Source: an uncultured Rickettsiaceae bacterium (GTDB lineage Bacteria; Pseudomonadota; Alphaproteobacteria; Rickettsiales; Rickettsiaceae). Taken from it: 64,000 nt of DNA. The notes below the pieces were generated by a model. It saw only the letters and a program-made list of their open reading frames with translations. It was not told where the DNA came from and did not search any database. Position 1 is the first letter of the stretch, and each line of letters begins with the position of its first letter. The translations under genes and the position numbers were made by a program. Positions 63,692-64,000 of the stretch are shown piece by piece. Where the stretch lies: contig CAYXTI010000016.1 of the NCBI GenBank assembly GCA_964468495.1, positions 35,487-99,486 on the forward strand, read 5' to 3'.

Positions 63692-64000
63692 ATGAAAATA
63701 GCAGCAATAAAAGAACAAATAGCAGGCGAATCAAGAACAGCTATTACCCCAGATACAGCTAGATTATATGTAAAAAAAGGCTATGAGGTTTGGGTAGAAA
63801 GTGGGATAGGTAATAAAGCAAACTATAGTGATCAAGAATATAAAGATGCAGGAGCAAAAATATCCTCTGTGTTATTAGAAATAATATCAGATGCAGATAT
63901 CATCCTAAAGGTACAACCTACTCCTATAACAGAACAAAAAAATGAAATAGCTTTAGCAAAAAAAGAAGCAATAATTATTGGTTTATTCTTATCTGATTAT
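63692..64000 (+). CDS. pntA: NAD(P) transhydrogenase alpha subunit, N-terminal part (3' end lies outside the window)
   Basis: MKIAAIKEQIAGESRTAITPDTARLYVKKGYEVWVESGIGNKANYSDQEYKDAGAKI matches the PntA / alanine dehydrogenase N-terminal domain. Confidence 0.85.
   Translation, partial: MKIAAIKEQIAGESRTAITPDTARLYVKKGYEVWVESGIGNKANYSDQEYKDAGAKISSVLLEIISDADIILKVQPTPITEQKNEIALAKKEAIIIGLFLSDY

Noticed and set aside
1-64000. Search for CRISPR arrays, IS or transposase genes, integrases, prophage, toxin-antitoxin or defence islands, rRNA operons, and an alternative genetic code.
   Set aside because: No direct-repeat/spacer architecture or tandem repeat beyond (GAT)6 was seen. Every ORF of 60 aa or more is either a recognisable housekeeping or membrane gene or an antisense shadow. 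All conserved genes are full length under the standard bacterial code, so there is no sign of UGA reassignment.

Overview
Very AT-rich, gene-dense stretch of a reduced alphaproteobacterial chromosome that looks Rickettsiales-like, i.e. an endosymbiont-type genome. The content is almost entirely core housekeeping. From the left edge: the dnaA 3' end and dnaN; rpiB; two LysM/M23 (LytM) cell-wall proteins; lspA; a cupredoxin plus FTR1 iron-permease module; and an MlaC-like gene. A contiguous minus-strand ribosomal superoperon follows (tRNA-Tyr, tRNA-Gly, tuf, S10, spc, secY, adk, rpsM, rpsK, rpoA, rplQ, then rpsT). After that come rlmB-like, ampG, a sodium:solute symporter, an ABC exporter, fdxA, ccmC, an aspartate aminotransferase, pccA/pccB, clpX/clpP, ccmF, tlyC, miaA, bamA, nusB, rlmE, a fliF-fliG-fliH-fliN flagellar cluster, acnA, ccmA/ccmB, infA, cycM, tsaD, mrp and the pntA 5' end. 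There are five tRNA genes (Gly-UCC, Tyr-GUA, Leu-GAG, Arg-ACG, His-GUG). I saw no rRNA, CRISPR array, transposase, integrase, prophage, toxin-antitoxin or recognisable defence genes, and no convincing novel multi-gene system. The items most worth a second look are: two adjacent in-frame run-on fusions (FTR1 permease into YciB/IspZ; MlaC into an about 82-aa STAS-like tail); an intact flagellar basal-body/C-ring cluster in an otherwise minimal genome; a frameshifted methyltransferase with an upstream TPR-like remnant; a possible eroded skp remnant downstream of bamA; and several long perfect palindromes in intergenic spacers, two of which share an identical 15-mer. All coordinates and motifs were read by eye from the sequence and ORF track. 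No searches were run.
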